Part shown: positions 23,393 to 34,989 of the stretch, piece after piece
Layout: every line of letters starts with the position of its first letter
Position numbering within the stretch: the first letter of the stretch is position 1
DNA from: Escherichia coli
GTDB taxonomy: Bacteria; Pseudomonadota; Gammaproteobacteria; Enterobacterales; Enterobacteriaceae
Length of the DNA: 64,000 nt
Strand: one strand, 5' to 3'
NCBI RefSeq assembly: GCF_041886205.1
Contig: NZ_CP169029.1
Notes under the pieces: model-generated
Seen by the model: only the letters and a program-made list of their open reading frames with translations
Database searches by the model: none
Told to the model about the DNA's origin: nothing
Program-made: the position numbers and the translations under genes

Positions 23393-25672
23393 ATGGATGA
23401 CCAGTTAAAACAAAGTGCACTTGATTTCCATGAATTTCCAGTTCCAGGGAAAATCCAGGTTTCTCCAACCAAGCCTCTGGCAACACAGCGCGATCTGGCG
23501 CTGGCCTACTCACCAGGCGTTGCCGCACCTTGTCTTGAAATCGAAAAAGACCCGTTAAAAGCCTACAAATATACCGCCCGCGGTAACCTGGTGGCGGTGA
23601 TCTCTAACGGTACGGCGGTGCTGGGGTTAGGCAACATTGGCGCGCTGGCAGGCAAACCGGTGATGGAAGGCAAGGGCGTTCTGTTTAAGAAATTCGCCGG
23701 GATTGATGTATTTGACATTGAAGTTGACGAACTCGACCCGGACAAATTTATTGAAGTTGTCGCCGCGCTCGAACCAACCTTCGGCGGCATCAACCTCGAA
23801 GACATTAAAGCGCCAGAATGTTTCTATATTGAACAGAAACTGCGCGAGCGGATGAATATTCCGGTATTCCACGACGATCAGCACGGCACGGCAATTATCA
23901 GCACTGCCGCCATCCTCAACGGCTTGCGCGTGGTGGAGAAAAACATCTCTGACGTGCGTATGGTGGTTTCCGGCGCGGGTGCCGCAGCAATCGCCTGTAT
24001 GAACCTGCTGGTAGCGCTGGGTCTGCAAAAACATAACATCGTGGTTTGCGATTCAAAAGGCGTTATCTATCAGGGCCGTGAGCCAAACATGGCGGAAACC
24101 AAAGCCGCATATGCGGTGGTGGATGACGGCAAACGTACCCTCGATGATGTGATTGAAGGCGCGGATATTTTCCTCGGATGTTCCGGCCCGAAAGTGCTGA
24201 CCCAGGAAATGGTGAAGAAAATGGCTCGTGCGCCAATGATCCTGGCGCTGGCGAACCCGGAACCGGAAATTCTGCCGCCGCTGGCGAAAGAAGTGCGTCC
24301 GGATGCCATCATTTGCACCGGTCGTTCTGACTATCCGAACCAGGTGAACAACGTCCTGTGCTTCCCGTTCATCTTCCGTGGCGCGCTGGACGTTGGCGCA
24401 ACCGCAATCAACGAAGAGATGAAACTGGCGGCGGTACGTGCGATTGCAGAACTCGCCCATGCGGAACAGAGCGAAGTGGTGGCTTCAGCGTATGGCGATC
24501 AGGATCTGAGCTTTGGTCCGGAATACATCATTCCAAAACCGTTTGATCCGCGCTTGATCGTTAAGATCGCTCCTGCGGTCGCTAAAGCCGCGATGGAGTC
24601 GGGCGTGGCGACGCGTCCGATTGCTGATTTCGACGTCTACATCGACAAGCTGACTGAGTTCGTTTACAAAACCAACCTGTTTATGAAGCCGATTTTCTCC
24701 CAGGCTCGCAAAGCGCCGAAGCGCGTAGTTCTGCCGGAAGGGGAAGAGGCGCGCGTTCTGCATGCCACTCAGGAACTGGTAACGCTGGGACTGGCGAAAC
24801 CGATCCTTATCGGTCGTCCGAACGTGATCGAAATGCGCATTCAGAAACTGGGCTTGCAGATCAAAGCGGGCGTTGATTTTGAGATCGTCAATAACGAATC
24901 CGATCCGCGCTTTAAAGAGTACTGGACCGAATACTTCCAGATCATGAAGCGTCGCGGCGTCACTCAGGAACAGGCGCAGCGGGCGCTGATCAGTAACCCG
25001 ACAGTGATCGGCGCGATCATGGTTCAGCGTGGCGAAGCCGATGCAATGATTTGCGGTACGGTGGGTGATTATCATGAACATTTTAGCGTGGTGAAAAATG
25101 TCTTTGGTTATCGTGATGGCGTTCACACCGCAGGTGCCATGAACGCGCTGCTGCTGCCGAGTGGTAACACCTTTATTGCCGATACATATGTTAATGATGA
25201 ACCGGATGCAGAAGAGCTGGCGGAGATCACCTTGATGGCGGCAGAAACTGTCCGTCGTTTTGGTATTGAGCCGCGCGTTGCTCTGTTGTCGCACTCCAAC
25301 TTTGGTTCTTCTGACTGCCCGTCGTCGAGCAAAATGCGTCAGGCGCTGGAACTGGTCAGGGATCGTGCGCCAGATCTGATGATTGATGGTGAAATGCACG
25401 GCGATGCAGCGCTGGTGGAAGCGATTCGCAACGACCGTATGCCGGACAGCCCTTTGAAAGGTTCTGCCAATATTCTGGTGATGCCGAACATGGAAGCTGC
25501 CCGCATTAGTTACAACTTACTGCGCGTTTCCAGCTCGGAAGGTGTGACTGTCGGTCCGGTGCTGATGGGCGTGGCGAAACCGGTTCACGTGTTAACGCCG
25601 ATCGCATCGGTGCGTCGTATCGTCAACATGGTGGCGCTGGCCGTGGTTGAAGCGCAAACCCAACCGCTGTAA
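23393..25672 (+). CDS. maeB: NADP-dependent malic enzyme
   Basis: 759 aa; N-terminal malic enzyme domain plus C-terminal phosphotransacetylase-like domain; recognised MaeB. Confidence 0.93.
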   Translation: MDDQLKQSALDFHEFPVPGKIQVSPTKPLATQRDLALAYSPGVAAPCLEIEKDPLKAYKYTARGNLVAVISNGTAVLGLGNIGALAGKPVMEGKGVLFKKFAGIDVFDIEVDELDPDKFIEVVAALEPTFGGINLEDIKAPECFYIEQKLRERMNIPVFHDDQHGTAIISTAAILNGLRVVEKNISDVRMVVSGAGAAAIACMNLLVALGLQKHNIVVCDSKGVIYQGREPNMAETKAAYAVVDDGKRTLDDVIEGADIFLGCSGPKVLTQEMVKKMARAPMILALANPEPEILPPLAKEVRPDAIICTGRSDYPNQVNNVLCFPFIFRGALDVGATAINEEMKLAAVRAIAELAHAEQSEVVASAYGDQDLSFGPEYIIPKPFDPRLIVKIAPAVAKAAMESGVATRPIADFDVYIDKLTEFVYKTNLFMKPIFSQARKAPKRVVLPEGEEARVLHATQELVTLGLAKPILIGRPNVIEMRIQKLGLQIKAGVDFEIVNNESDPRFKEYWTEYFQIMKRRGVTQEQAQRALISNPTVIGAIMVQRGEADAMICGTVGDYHEHFSVVKNVFGYRDGVHTAGAMNALLLPSGNTFIADTYVNDEPDAEELAEITLMAAETVRRFGIEPRVALLSHSNFGSSDCPSSSKMRQALELVRDRAPDLMIDGEMHGDAALVEAIRNDRMPDSPLKGSANILVMPNMEAARISYNLLRVSSSEGVTVGPVLMGVAKPVHVLTPIASVRRIVNMVALAVVEAQTQPL

Positions 25673-25689
25673 TTCTTTTTTAACTCTCA

Positions 25690-25717
25690 CGCTTACCCTG
25701 AATATTCAGGGTAAGCG
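25690..25717. other. 28-bp perfect palindrome downstream of maeB (possible terminator hairpin or operator)
   Basis: cgcttaccctgaatattcagggtaagcg is its own reverse complement; T-run lies 5' of it rather than 3'. Confidence 0.5.
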
Positions 25718-25964
25718 GTTTGGCTGCAATATATTAGTAAAGCTTATTACTGAGTTTGCGAATAATAAAAAAAGCAGTCTATATAATATCTCGATATTAT
25801 TTTATTTATATTCATGCGTTGCATATGAAAGTTTATGCACCACAGCGAATATCTCTCCATTCTTAGTGATCTACCTCACCTTTTAAACGCGCTTGCCGAA
25901 TTTTGTTATTTACTCTGACGAAAAATTGTCACGATACACGAAAGTTTTTCACAGGCGGCGACTC
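25718..25964 (+). promoter_or_regulatory. eut operon main promoter region upstream of eutS
   Basis: AT-rich 250-bp gap immediately upstream of the first eut gene; position only, no site motif resolved. Confidence 0.4.
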
Positions 25965-26300
25965 ATGGATAAAGAACGCATCATTCAGGAATTTGTGCCC
26001 GGCAAACAGGTCACACTGGCGCATCTCATCGCGCATCCCGGTGAGGAACTGGCGAAGAAAATCGGCGTTCCGGATGCGGGCGCAATTGGCATTATGACGC
26101 TAACTCCCGGCGAAACGGCGATGATCGCCGGTGATTTAGCGCTGAAAGCCGCTGATGTGCATATCGGTTTTCTCGACCGATTCAGCGGTGCATTGGTGAT
26201 TTATGGCTCGGTGGGCGCAGTAGAAGAAGCGTTATCACAAACCGTCAGCGGTTTAGGTCGCTTATTAAATTATACGCTTTGTGAAATGACCAAAAGTTAA
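25965..26300 (+). CDS. eutS: Ethanolamine-utilisation microcompartment shell protein EutS
   Basis: 111 aa from [15 protein letters not shown]; BMC-domain protein; ORF track extends upstream. Confidence 0.88.
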
Positions 26301-26312
26301 TACGAGGCATTC

Positions 26313-26792
26313 ATGAAACGAATTGCGTTTGTGGGTAGCGTCGGGGCAGGAAAAACAACGTTATTTAATGCGTTGCAGGGGAATTATACCCTCGCCAGAA
26401 AAACACAGGCCGTGGAATTTAATGATAAGGGCGATATTGATACGCCGGGTGAATATTTTAACCATCCCCGCTGGTATCACGCCTTAATTACCACGCTACA
26501 GGATGTAGACATGCTGATCTATGTCCATGGCGCAAATGACCCGGAAAGTCGGTTGCCTGCCGGGTTGCTGGATATTGGCGTCAGCAAACGGCAAATCGCC
26601 GTCATCAGTAAAACGGACATGCCAGATGCTGACGTCGCCGCAACGCGAAAGTTATTGCTTGAGACGGGTTTCGAAGAGCCGATTTTCGAGCTAAACAGCC
26701 ACGACCCGCAAAGCGTGCAGCAACTGGTGGATTATCTGGCATCTCTCACCAAACAGGAGGAAGCAGGTGAAAAAACTCATCACAGCGAATGA
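26313..26792 (+). CDS. eutP: Ethanolamine utilisation protein EutP (P-loop GTPase/acetate kinase-like)
   Basis: 159 aa; Walker A GSVGAGKTT. Confidence 0.9.
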   Translation: MKRIAFVGSVGAGKTTLFNALQGNYTLARKTQAVEFNDKGDIDTPGEYFNHPRWYHALITTLQDVDMLIYVHGANDPESRLPAGLLDIGVSKRQIAVISKTDMPDADVAATRKLLLETGFEEPIFELNSHDPQSVQQLVDYLASLTKQEEAGEKTHHSE

Positions 26793-27468
26793 TATTCGTG
26801 AAGCACACGCGCGCGGCGAACAGGCAATGTCCGTGGTTCTGCGCGCCAGCATTATTACCCCGGAAGCCCGTGAAGTGGCGGATCTACTGGGTTTTACCAT
26901 CACCGAATGTGATGAATCGATCCCGGTAACGGCGTCCGTGCCCGCCAGCGTGCCAGCCGACAAAACCGAAAGCCAGCGCATCCGCGAAACCATCATTGCC
27001 CAGCTGCCGGAAGGCCAGTTTACCGAAAGCCTGGTCGCACAGCTGATGGAAAAAGTGATGAAGGAAAAACAGTCGCTGGAGCAGGGCGCAATGCAGCCGA
27101 GCTTCAAATCGGTGACCGGCAAAGGCGGCATCAAAGTGATTGATGGCAGTAGCGTCAAGTTTGGTCGTTTCGACGGCGCAGAGCCGCATTGCGTGGGCTT
27201 GACTGATCTTGTGACCGGAGACGACGGCAGCAGCATGGCCGCCGGTTTTATGCAGTGGGAGAACGCATTCTTCCCGTGGACCCTGAACTACGACGAAATC
27301 GACATGGTGCTGGAAGGAGAGCTGCATGTTCGCCACGAAGGCCAAACCATGATCGCCAAAGCAGGCGACGTGATGTTTATCCCGAAAGGCTCCAGCATCG
27401 AATTTGGTACGACATCCAGCGTGAAATTCCTGTATGTCGCCTGGCCGGCTAACTGGCAATCCCTATGA
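26767..27468 (+). CDS. eutQ: Ethanolamine utilisation protein EutQ (cupin)
   Basis: 233 aa; overlaps eutP 3' end by 26 nt in another frame; recognised EutQ. Confidence 0.88.
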   Translation: MKKLITANDIREAHARGEQAMSVVLRASIITPEAREVADLLGFTITECDESIPVTASVPASVPADKTESQRIRETIIAQLPEGQFTESLVAQLMEKVMKEKQSLEQGAMQPSFKSVTGKGGIKVIDGSSVKFGRFDGAEPHCVGLTDLVTGDDGSSMAAGFMQWENAFFPWTLNYDEIDMVLEGELHVRHEGQTMIAKAGDVMFIPKGSSIEFGTTSSVKFLYVAWPANWQSL

Positions 27469-28268
27469 AAGATTTCATCACCGAAGCATGGCTAAGAGCG
27501 AACCATACGCTCAGCGAAGGCGCAGAGATCCATCTCCCTGCGGACAGTCGCCTGACGCCCTCTGCCCGGGAGTTACTGGAAAGCCGCCATCTGCGCATCA
27601 AGTTTATTGACGAGCAGGGCCGCCTGTTTGTTGACGATGAACAGCAGCAGCCGCAGCCCGTTCATGGGCTGACCAGTAGCGATGAACATCCGCAGGCGTG
27701 CTGCGAACTGTGCCGCCAGCCGGTGGCAAAAAAGCCAGATACTCTGACTCACCTGTCGGCGGAAAAAATGGTCGCCAAAAGCGATCCGCGTCTGGGTTTT
27801 CGCGCGGTTCTCGACAGCACCATTGCGCTGGCAGTGTGGCTGCAAATTGAACTGGCGGAGCCGTGGCAGCCGTGGCTGGCGGATATCCGTTCGCGTCTTG
27901 GCAACATTATGCGTGCCGATGCGCTGGGGGAACCGCTGGGCTGCCAAGCGATTGTCGGGCTTTCTGACGAAGATCTGCATCGGCTTTCTCATCAGCCGCT
28001 GCGCTATCTCGACCACGATCATCTGGTGCCGGAAGCCAGCCACGGGCGCGATGCTGCGTTGCTCAATCTGCTACGCACCAAAGTGCGGGAAACCGAAACC
28101 GTAGCGGCGCAGGTCTTTATCACCCGCAGCTTTGAAGTATTACGCCCGGACATCTTGCAGGCGCTGAACCGCCTTTCGAGCACGGTCTACGTGATGATGA
28201 TCCTGAGCGTAACGAAGAAGCCGCTAACGGTGAAGCAGATCCAACAACGACTGGGGGAAACGCAATGA
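27465..28268 (+). CDS. eutT: Ethanolamine utilisation cob(I)alamin adenosyltransferase EutT
   Basis: 267 aa; ATGA overlap with eutQ stop; recognised EutT. Confidence 0.9.
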
Positions 28269-29281
28269 TTATTGAACGTTGTCGTGAACTGGCGTTGCGA
28301 GCGCCCGCCAGAGTGGTTTTTCCGGATGCGTTAGATCAACGTGTGCTGAAAGCTGCGCAATATTTACATCAACAAGGTCTGGCAACGCCCATTCTGGTCG
28401 CCAATCCGTTTGAACTTCGTCAGTTTGCGCTCAGTCACGGCGTGGCGATGGACGGGCTACAGGTGATTGATCCGCATGGCAACCTCGCAATGCGGGAAGA
28501 ATTTGCTCATCGCTGGCTGGCCCGCGCGGGCGAAAAAACGCCGCCGGATGCGCTGGAAAAACTTACCGATCCGCTGATGTTCGCCGCCGCAATGGTCAGC
28601 GCCGGTAAAGCGGATGTCTGTATCGCGGGCAACCTCTCTTCCACGGCGAATGTGCTGCGTGCCGGATTACGCATTATCGGCTTGCAGCCAGGCTGTAAAA
28701 CGCTCTCTTCCATTTTCCTGATGCTGCCACAGTACAGCGGCCCGGCGTTGGGCTTTGCCGATTGCAGCGTGGTGCCACAGCCGACGGCGGCGCAACTGGC
28801 GGATATCGCGCTTGCCAGTGCCGAAACCTGGCGCGCCATCACCGGAGAAGAGCCGCGCGTGGCGATGTTGTCGTTTTCCAGCAACGGTAGCGCCCGTCAC
28901 CCCTGCGTAGCCAACGTCCAGCAGGCGACAGAAATCGTCCGTGAGCGCGCACCAAAGCTGGTGGTTGATGGCGAGTTACAGTTTGACGCCGCCTTCGTGC
29001 CGGAAGTGGCGGCGCAAAAAGCGCCTGCAAGCCCGCTACAAGGCAAAGCCAATGTGATGGTTTTTCCGTCGCTGGAAGCCGGAAATATTGGCTACAAAAT
29101 CGCACAACGACTTGGCGGATATCGTGCCGTCGGGCCATTGATACAAGGACTTGCCGCGCCGATGCACGATCTCTCTCGTGGTTGTAGCGTGCAGGAAATT
29201 ATCGAGCTGGCGCTGGTGGCAGCAGTGCCGCGTCAGACAGAAGTGAACCGCGAAAGCAGTTTACAAACACTGGTTGAATGA
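28265..29281 (+). CDS. eutD: Phosphotransacetylase EutD (EutI)
   Basis: 338 aa PTA-family protein; ATGA overlap with eutT. Confidence 0.92.
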
Positions 29282-29319
29282 ACGGTCCCGTTCTGGACCC
29301 TGATAAAGAGGAAAGCACA

Positions 29320-29613
29320 ATGGAAGCATTAGGAATGATCGAAACCCGGGGCCTGGTTGCACTGATTGAGGCTTCTGACGCGATGGTTAAAGCTGCGCGC
29401 GTCAAGCTGGTTGGTGTTAAGCAGATTGGCGGCGGCCTGTGTACTGCCATGGTTCGTGGTGATGTTGCAGCCTGTAAAGCCGCGACCGATGCAGGTGCCG
29501 CAGCGGCACAGCGTATCGGCGAGCTGGTATCTGTACACGTTATCCCGCGTCCGCACGGCGACCTGGAAGAAGTCTTCCCGATCGGCCTGAAAGGCGATAG
29601 CAGCAACCTGTAA
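29320..29613 (+). CDS. eutM: Microcompartment shell protein EutM (BMC-H)
   Basis: 97 aa from [26 protein letters not shown] (canonical BMC domain), AGAGGA RBS; ORF track starts 14 codons upstream. Confidence 0.9.
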   Translation: MEALGMIETRGLVALIEASDAMVKAARVKLVGVKQIGGGLCTAMVRGDVAACKAATDAGAAAAQRIGELVSVHVIPRPHGDLEEVFPIGLKGDSSNL

Positions 29614-29719
29614 TCACCCTGTGTGACGTCGATTCGGGCGTCACGCTCTCTCCTTTTTCATTTTACCTTCTGCGGAGGGTAGGGGGAGCTTTTACCTGAA
29701 ATACGCCACGGAGGCGGGT

Positions 29720-30007
29720 ATGAAACTGGCAGTCGTCACTGGACAAATTGTTTGTACCGTACGCCATCACGGACTGGCGCATGACAAATTGCTGATGGTG
29801 GAAATGATTGATCCACAAGGTAATCCTGACGGGCAATGTGCCGTCGCCATCGACAATATTGGCGCGGGAACCGGGGAGTGGGTGTTGCTGGTGAGTGGCA
29901 GTTCCGCCCGCCAGGCGCATAAAAGCGAAACGTCACCGGTCGATCTGTGCGTGATTGGCATTGTCGATGAGGTGGTGTCTGGCGGTCAGGTAATTTTCCA
30001 CAAATAA
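29720..30007 (+). CDS. eutN: Microcompartment vertex protein EutN (BMV/CcmL-EutN family)
   Basis: 95 aa MKLAVVTGQIVCTVRHHGL...; recognised EutN. Confidence 0.92.
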   Translation: MKLAVVTGQIVCTVRHHGLAHDKLLMVEMIDPQGNPDGQCAVAIDNIGAGTGEWVLLVSGSSARQAHKSETSPVDLCVIGIVDEVVSGGQVIFHK

Positions 30008-30018
30008 GGCAGAACATC

Positions 30019-31422
30019 ATGAATCAACAGGATATTGAACAGGTGGTGAAAGCGGTACTGCTGAAAATGCAAAGCAGTGACACGCCGCCCGCCACCGTTC
30101 ATGAGATGGGCATTTTCGCGTCCCTGGATGACGCCGTTGCGGCAGCCAAAGTTGCCCAGCAAGGGTTAAAGAGCGTGGCAATGCGCCAGTTAGCCATTGC
30201 TGCCATTCGTGAAGCAGGCGAAAAACACGCCAGAGATTTAGCGGAACTTGCCGTCAGTGAAACCGGCATGGGCCGCGTCGAAGATAAATTTGCCAAAAAC
30301 GTCGCTCAGGCGCGCGGCACGCCAGGCGTTGAGTGTCTCTCTCCGCAGGTGCTGACTGGCGACAACGGCCTGACTTTAATTGAAAACGCGCCCTGGGGCG
30401 TGGTGGCTTCGGTGACGCCTTCCACTAACCCGGCGGCAACCGTAATTAACAACGCCATCAGCCTGATTGCCGCGGGCAACAGCGTCATTTTTGCCCCGCA
30501 TCCGGCGGCGAAAAAAGTCTCCCAGCGGGCGATCACGCTGCTCAACCAGGCGATTGTTGCCGCAGGCGGGCCGGAAAACTTACTGGTTACTGTGGCAAAT
30601 CCGGATATCGAAACCGCGCAACGCTTGTTCAAGTTTCCGGGCATCGGCCTTCTGGTGGTGACCGGCGGCGAAGCGGTAGTAGAAGCGGCGCGTAAACACA
30701 CCAATAAACGTCTGATTGCCGCAGGCGCTGGCAACCCGCCGGTAGTGGTGGATGAAACCGCTGACCTCGCCCGTGCTGCTCAGTCCATCGTCAAAGGCGC
30801 GTCTTTCGATAACAACATCATTTGTGCCGACGAAAAGGTACTGATTGTTGTTGATAGCGTAGCCGATGAACTGATGCGTCTGATGCAAGGCCAGCACGCG
30901 GTGAAACTGACCGCAGAGCAGGCGCAGCAACTGCAACCGGTGTTGCTGAAAAATATCGACGAGCGCGGAAAAGGCACCGTCAGCCGTGACTGGGTAGGTC
31001 GCGATGCGGCGAAAATCGCGGCGGCAATCGGCCTTAAAGTTCCGGAACAAACGCGACTGCTGTTTGTAGAAACCACCGCAGAACATCCGTTTGCCGTGAC
31101 CGAACTGATGATGCCGGTGCTGCCCGTCGTGCGCGTCGCCAACGTGGCGGATGCCATTGCGCTGGCGGTGAAACTGGAAGGCGGTTGCCACCACACGGCG
31201 GCAATGCACTCGCGCAACATCGAAAACATGAACCAGATGGCGAACGCCATTGATACCAGCATTTTCGTTAAGAACGGACCGTGCATTGCCGGGCTGGGTC
31301 TGGGCGGGGAAGGCTGGACCACCATGACCATCACCACGCCAACCGGTGAAGGGGTAACCAGCGCGCGGACGTTTGTCCGTCTGCGTCGCTGTGTATTAGT
31401 CGATGCGTTTCGCATTGTTTAA
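30019..31422 (+). CDS. eutE: Acetaldehyde dehydrogenase (acetylating) EutE
   Basis: 467 aa aldehyde dehydrogenase-family protein; recognised EutE. Confidence 0.92.
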   Translation: MNQQDIEQVVKAVLLKMQSSDTPPATVHEMGIFASLDDAVAAAKVAQQGLKSVAMRQLAIAAIREAGEKHARDLAELAVSETGMGRVEDKFAKNVAQARGTPGVECLSPQVLTGDNGLTLIENAPWGVVASVTPSTNPAATVINNAISLIAAGNSVIFAPHPAAKKVSQRAITLLNQAIVAAGGPENLLVTVANPDIETAQRLFKFPGIGLLVVTGGEAVVEAARKHTNKRLIAAGAGNPPVVVDETADLARAAQSIVKGASFDNNIICADEKVLIVVDSVADELMRLMQGQHAVKLTAEQAQQLQPVLLKNIDERGKGTVSRDWVGRDAAKIAAAIGLKVPEQTRLLFVETTAEHPFAVTELMMPVLPVVRVANVADAIALAVKLEGGCHHTAAMHSRNIENMNQMANAIDTSIFVKNGPCIAGLGLGGEGWTTMTITTPTGEGVTSARTFVRLRRCVLVDAFRIV

Positions 31423-31432
31423 GGAGTAACCG

Positions 31433-32269
31433 ATGGCGCACGACGAACAAGGGCTCACCCCACGTCTGCAAACGGCGGCAACGCTGTGTAACCAGACGCC
31501 CGCCGCGACGGAATCTCCGCTATGGCTGGGGGTGGATCTGGGCACCTGCGATGTGGTGTCGATGGTTGTCGACCGCGACGGTCAGCCGGTGGCGGTATGC
31601 CTCGACTGGGCCGATGTGGTCCGCGACGGCATCGTCTGGGATTTCTTCGGCGCGGTCACCATTGTTCGTCGCCATCTCGACACGCTCGAGCAGCAATTCG
31701 GGCGTCGTTTTAGCCATGCGGCGACTTCATTTCCTCCAGGTACGGACCCGCGTATTTCCATCAACGTGCTGGAGTCTGCCGGACTGGAAGTGAGCCATGT
31801 GCTGGATGAGCCAACCGCAGTCGCGGATCTACTGCAACTGGATAACGCCGGTGTAGTGGATATCGGCGGTGGCACTACCGGCATTGCCATCGTGAAAAAG
31901 GGCAAAGTGACGTACTCGGCGGATGAAGCCACCGGCGGACATCACATCTCTCTGACTCTCGCCGGAAATCGTCGTATTTCGCTGGAAGAGGCAGAGCAGT
32001 ACAAGCGCGGTCATGGTGACGAGATTTGGCCCGCGGTGAAACCGGTGTACGAAAAAATGGCGGACATTGTCGCCCGGCATATTGAAGGGCAGGGCATTAC
32101 TGATTTATGGCTGGCGGGCGGCTCTTGTATGCAACCGGGCGTGGCGGAACTGTTTCGCAAACAATTCCCGGCGTTAAAGGTGCATTTACCGCAGCACAGT
32201 TTGTTTATGACCCCGCTGGCGATCGCCAGTAGTGGGCGAGAGAAAGCGGAGGGGCTATATGCAAAATGA
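31433..32269 (+). CDS. eutJ: Ethanolamine utilisation chaperone-like protein EutJ (actin/Hsp70 fold)
   Basis: 278 aa; DLGTxxV and DIGGGTT ATPase motifs. Confidence 0.9.
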   Translation: MAHDEQGLTPRLQTAATLCNQTPAATESPLWLGVDLGTCDVVSMVVDRDGQPVAVCLDWADVVRDGIVWDFFGAVTIVRRHLDTLEQQFGRRFSHAATSFPPGTDPRISINVLESAGLEVSHVLDEPTAVADLLQLDNAGVVDIGGGTTGIAIVKKGKVTYSADEATGGHHISLTLAGNRRISLEEAEQYKRGHGDEIWPAVKPVYEKMADIVARHIEGQGITDLWLAGGSCMQPGVAELFRKQFPALKVHLPQHSLFMTPLAIASSGREKAEGLYAK

Positions 32270-33446
32270 ATTGCAGACCGCGCTCTTTCAGGCGTTCGAT
32301 ACCCTGAATCTGCAACGGGTAAAAACATTTAGCGTTCCACCGGTGACGCTTTGCGGTCCGGGCGCGGTGAGCAGTTGCGGGCAGCAAGCGCAAACGCGTG
32401 GGCTGAAACATCTGTTCGTGATGGCAGACAGCTTTTTGCATCAGGCGGGGATGACCGCCGGGCTGACGCGTAGCCTGGCCGTTAAAGGCATCGCCATGAC
32501 GCTCTGGCCGTGTCCGGTGGGCGAACCGTGCATTACTGACGTGTGTGCAGCCGTGGCGCAGTTGCGTGAATCAGGCTGTGACGGGGTGATTGCGTTTGGC
32601 GGCGGCTCGGTGCTGGATGCAGCAAAAGCCGTGGCGTTGCTGGTGACGAACCCCGATAGCACGCTGGCGGAAATGTCAGAAACCAGCGTTCTGCAACCGC
32701 GCCTGCCGTTGATTGCCATTCCAACGACCGCCGGAACCGGCTCTGAAACCACCAACGTAACGGTGATTATCGACGCGGTGAGCGGGCGCAAGCAGGTGTT
32801 AGCCCATGCCTCGCTGATGCCGGATGTGGCGATTCTCGACGCCGCATTGACCGAAGGTGTGCCGTCGCATGTCACGGCGATGACCGGTATTGACGCGTTA
32901 ACCCATGCCATTGAAGCGTACAGCGCGCTGAACGCCACACCGTTTACTGACAGTCTGGCGATTGGCGCTATTGCGATGATTGGCAAATCGCTGCCGAAAG
33001 CGGTGGGCTACGGTCATGACCTTGCCGCGCGCGAGAGCATGTTACTGGCTTCATGTATGGCGGGAATGGCGTTTTCCAGTGCGGGGCTTGGGTTGTGCCA
33101 CGCGATGGCGCATCAGCCAGGGGCGGCGCTGCATATTCCACACGGTCTGGCGAACGCCATGTTGCTGCCAACGGTGATGGAATTTAACCGGATGGTTTGT
33201 CGCGAACGGTTTAGTCAGATTGGTCGGGCACTGCGAACTAAAAAATCCGACGATCGTGACGCTATTAACGCGGTAAGTGAGCTGATTGCGGAAGTTGGGA
33301 TTGGTAAACGACTGGGCGATGTTGGCGCGACATCTGCGCATTACGGTGCATGGGCGCAGGCCGCGCAGGAAGATATTTGTCTGCGCAGCAACCCGCGTAC
33401 CGCCAGCCTGGAACAGATTGTCGGACTGTACGCGGCGGCGCAATAA
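32259..33446 (+). CDS. eutG: Alcohol dehydrogenase EutG (iron-containing)
   Basis: 395 aa from MQNELQTALFQAF with GGAGGGG RBS; overlaps eutJ by 11 nt; Fe-ADH family. Confidence 0.9.
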   Translation: MQNELQTALFQAFDTLNLQRVKTFSVPPVTLCGPGAVSSCGQQAQTRGLKHLFVMADSFLHQAGMTAGLTRSLAVKGIAMTLWPCPVGEPCITDVCAAVAQLRESGCDGVIAFGGGSVLDAAKAVALLVTNPDSTLAEMSETSVLQPRLPLIAIPTTAGTGSETTNVTVIIDAVSGRKQVLAHASLMPDVAILDAALTEGVPSHVTAMTGIDALTHAIEAYSALNATPFTDSLAIGAIAMIGKSLPKAVGYGHDLAARESMLLASCMAGMAFSSAGLGLCHAMAHQPGAALHIPHGLANAMLLPTVMEFNRMVCRERFSQIGRALRTKKSDDRDAINAVSELIAEVGIGKRLGDVGATSAHYGAWAQAAQEDICLRSNPRTASLEQIVGLYAAAQ

Positions 33447-33447
33447 A

Positions 33448-33731
<284 letters not shown>

Positions 33732-33762
33732 AATAAATAACAACTAACAGGGAGTAAAGGCG

Positions 33763-34989
33763 ATGGGAATTAACGAAATCATCATGTACATCATGATGTT
33801 CTTTATGCTGATAGCTGCCGTAGACAGGATCCTGTCGCAGTTCGGCGGTTCTGCTCGTTTCCTCGGTAAGTTCGGTAAAAGTATCGAAGGATCAGGCGGT
33901 CAGTTCGAAGAAGGCTTTATGGCAATGGGCGCTCTGGGTCTGGCGATGGTCGGTATGACCGCGCTGGCACCGGTACTGGCTCACGTACTCGGGCCGGTAA
34001 TTATCCCGGTTTACGAAATGCTCGGCGCAAACCCGTCAATGTTCGCCGGAACGCTGCTGGCGTGCGATATGGGCGGCTTCTTCCTCGCCAAAGAGCTGGC
34101 GGGCGGCGACGTAGCAGCGTGGCTATACTCTGGGTTAATTCTCGGGTCGATGATGGGGCCAACGATTGTGTTTTCCATTCCGGTGGCGCTCGGCATTATC
34201 GAACCTTCTGACCGTCGTTATCTGGCGCTCGGCGTGCTGGCGGGCATTGTGACCATTCCGATTGGCTGTATTGCTGGTGGTCTGGTTGCTATGTACTCCG
34301 GTGTGCAGATCAATGGTCAGCCGGTGGAATTCACCTTTGCGCTGATCCTGATGAACATGATCCCGGTACTTATCGTTGCGGTGCTGGTGGCGCTGGGGCT
34401 GAAATTCATCCCGGAAAAAATGATCAACGGCTTCCAGATCTTCGCCAAATTCCTCGTTGCATTGATCACCCTCGGTCTTGCTGCCGCGGTAGTGAAATTC
34501 CTCCTTGGCTGGGAACTGATCCCCGGTCTGGACCCTATCTTTATGGCTCCTGGCGATAAACCCGGTGAAGTGATGCGCGCCATTGAAGTTATCGGTTCTA
34601 TCTCCTGCGTGCTGTTAGGGGCGTATCCAATGGTGCTGCTGCTGACTCGCTGGTTTGAAAAACCGCTGATGAGCGTCGGTAAACTACTGAATATGAACAA
34701 CATTGCGGCAGCCGGCATGGTGGCAACGCTTGCCAACAACATCCCGATGTTTGGCATGATGAAGCAGATGGATACCCGCGGCAAAGTCATCAACTGCGCC
34801 TTCGCCGTTTCCGCTGCTTTCGCCCTGGGTGACCACTTAGGCTTCGCCGCTGCCAACATGAACGCCATGATCTTCCCGATGATTGTCGGCAAGTTGATCG
34901 GCGGCGTAACGGCGATTGGCGTGGCGATGATGCTGGTGCCAAAAGAAGACGCGACCACGACTAAAACCGAAGCGGAGGCACAATCGTGA
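33763..34989 (+). CDS. eutH: Ethanolamine permease/facilitator EutH
   Basis: 408 aa polytopic membrane protein; recognised EutH. Confidence 0.92.
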   Translation: MGINEIIMYIMMFFMLIAAVDRILSQFGGSARFLGKFGKSIEGSGGQFEEGFMAMGALGLAMVGMTALAPVLAHVLGPVIIPVYEMLGANPSMFAGTLLACDMGGFFLAKELAGGDVAAWLYSGLILGSMMGPTIVFSIPVALGIIEPSDRRYLALGVLAGIVTIPIGCIAGGLVAMYSGVQINGQPVEFTFALILMNMIPVLIVAVLVALGLKFIPEKMINGFQIFAKFLVALITLGLAAAVVKFLLGWELIPGLDPIFMAPGDKPGEVMRAIEVIGSISCVLLGAYPMVLLLTRWFEKPLMSVGKLLNMNNIAAAGMVATLANNIPMFGMMKQMDTRGKVINCAFAVSAAFALGDHLGFAAANMNAMIFPMIVGKLIGGVTAIGVAMMLVPKEDATTTKTEAEAQS

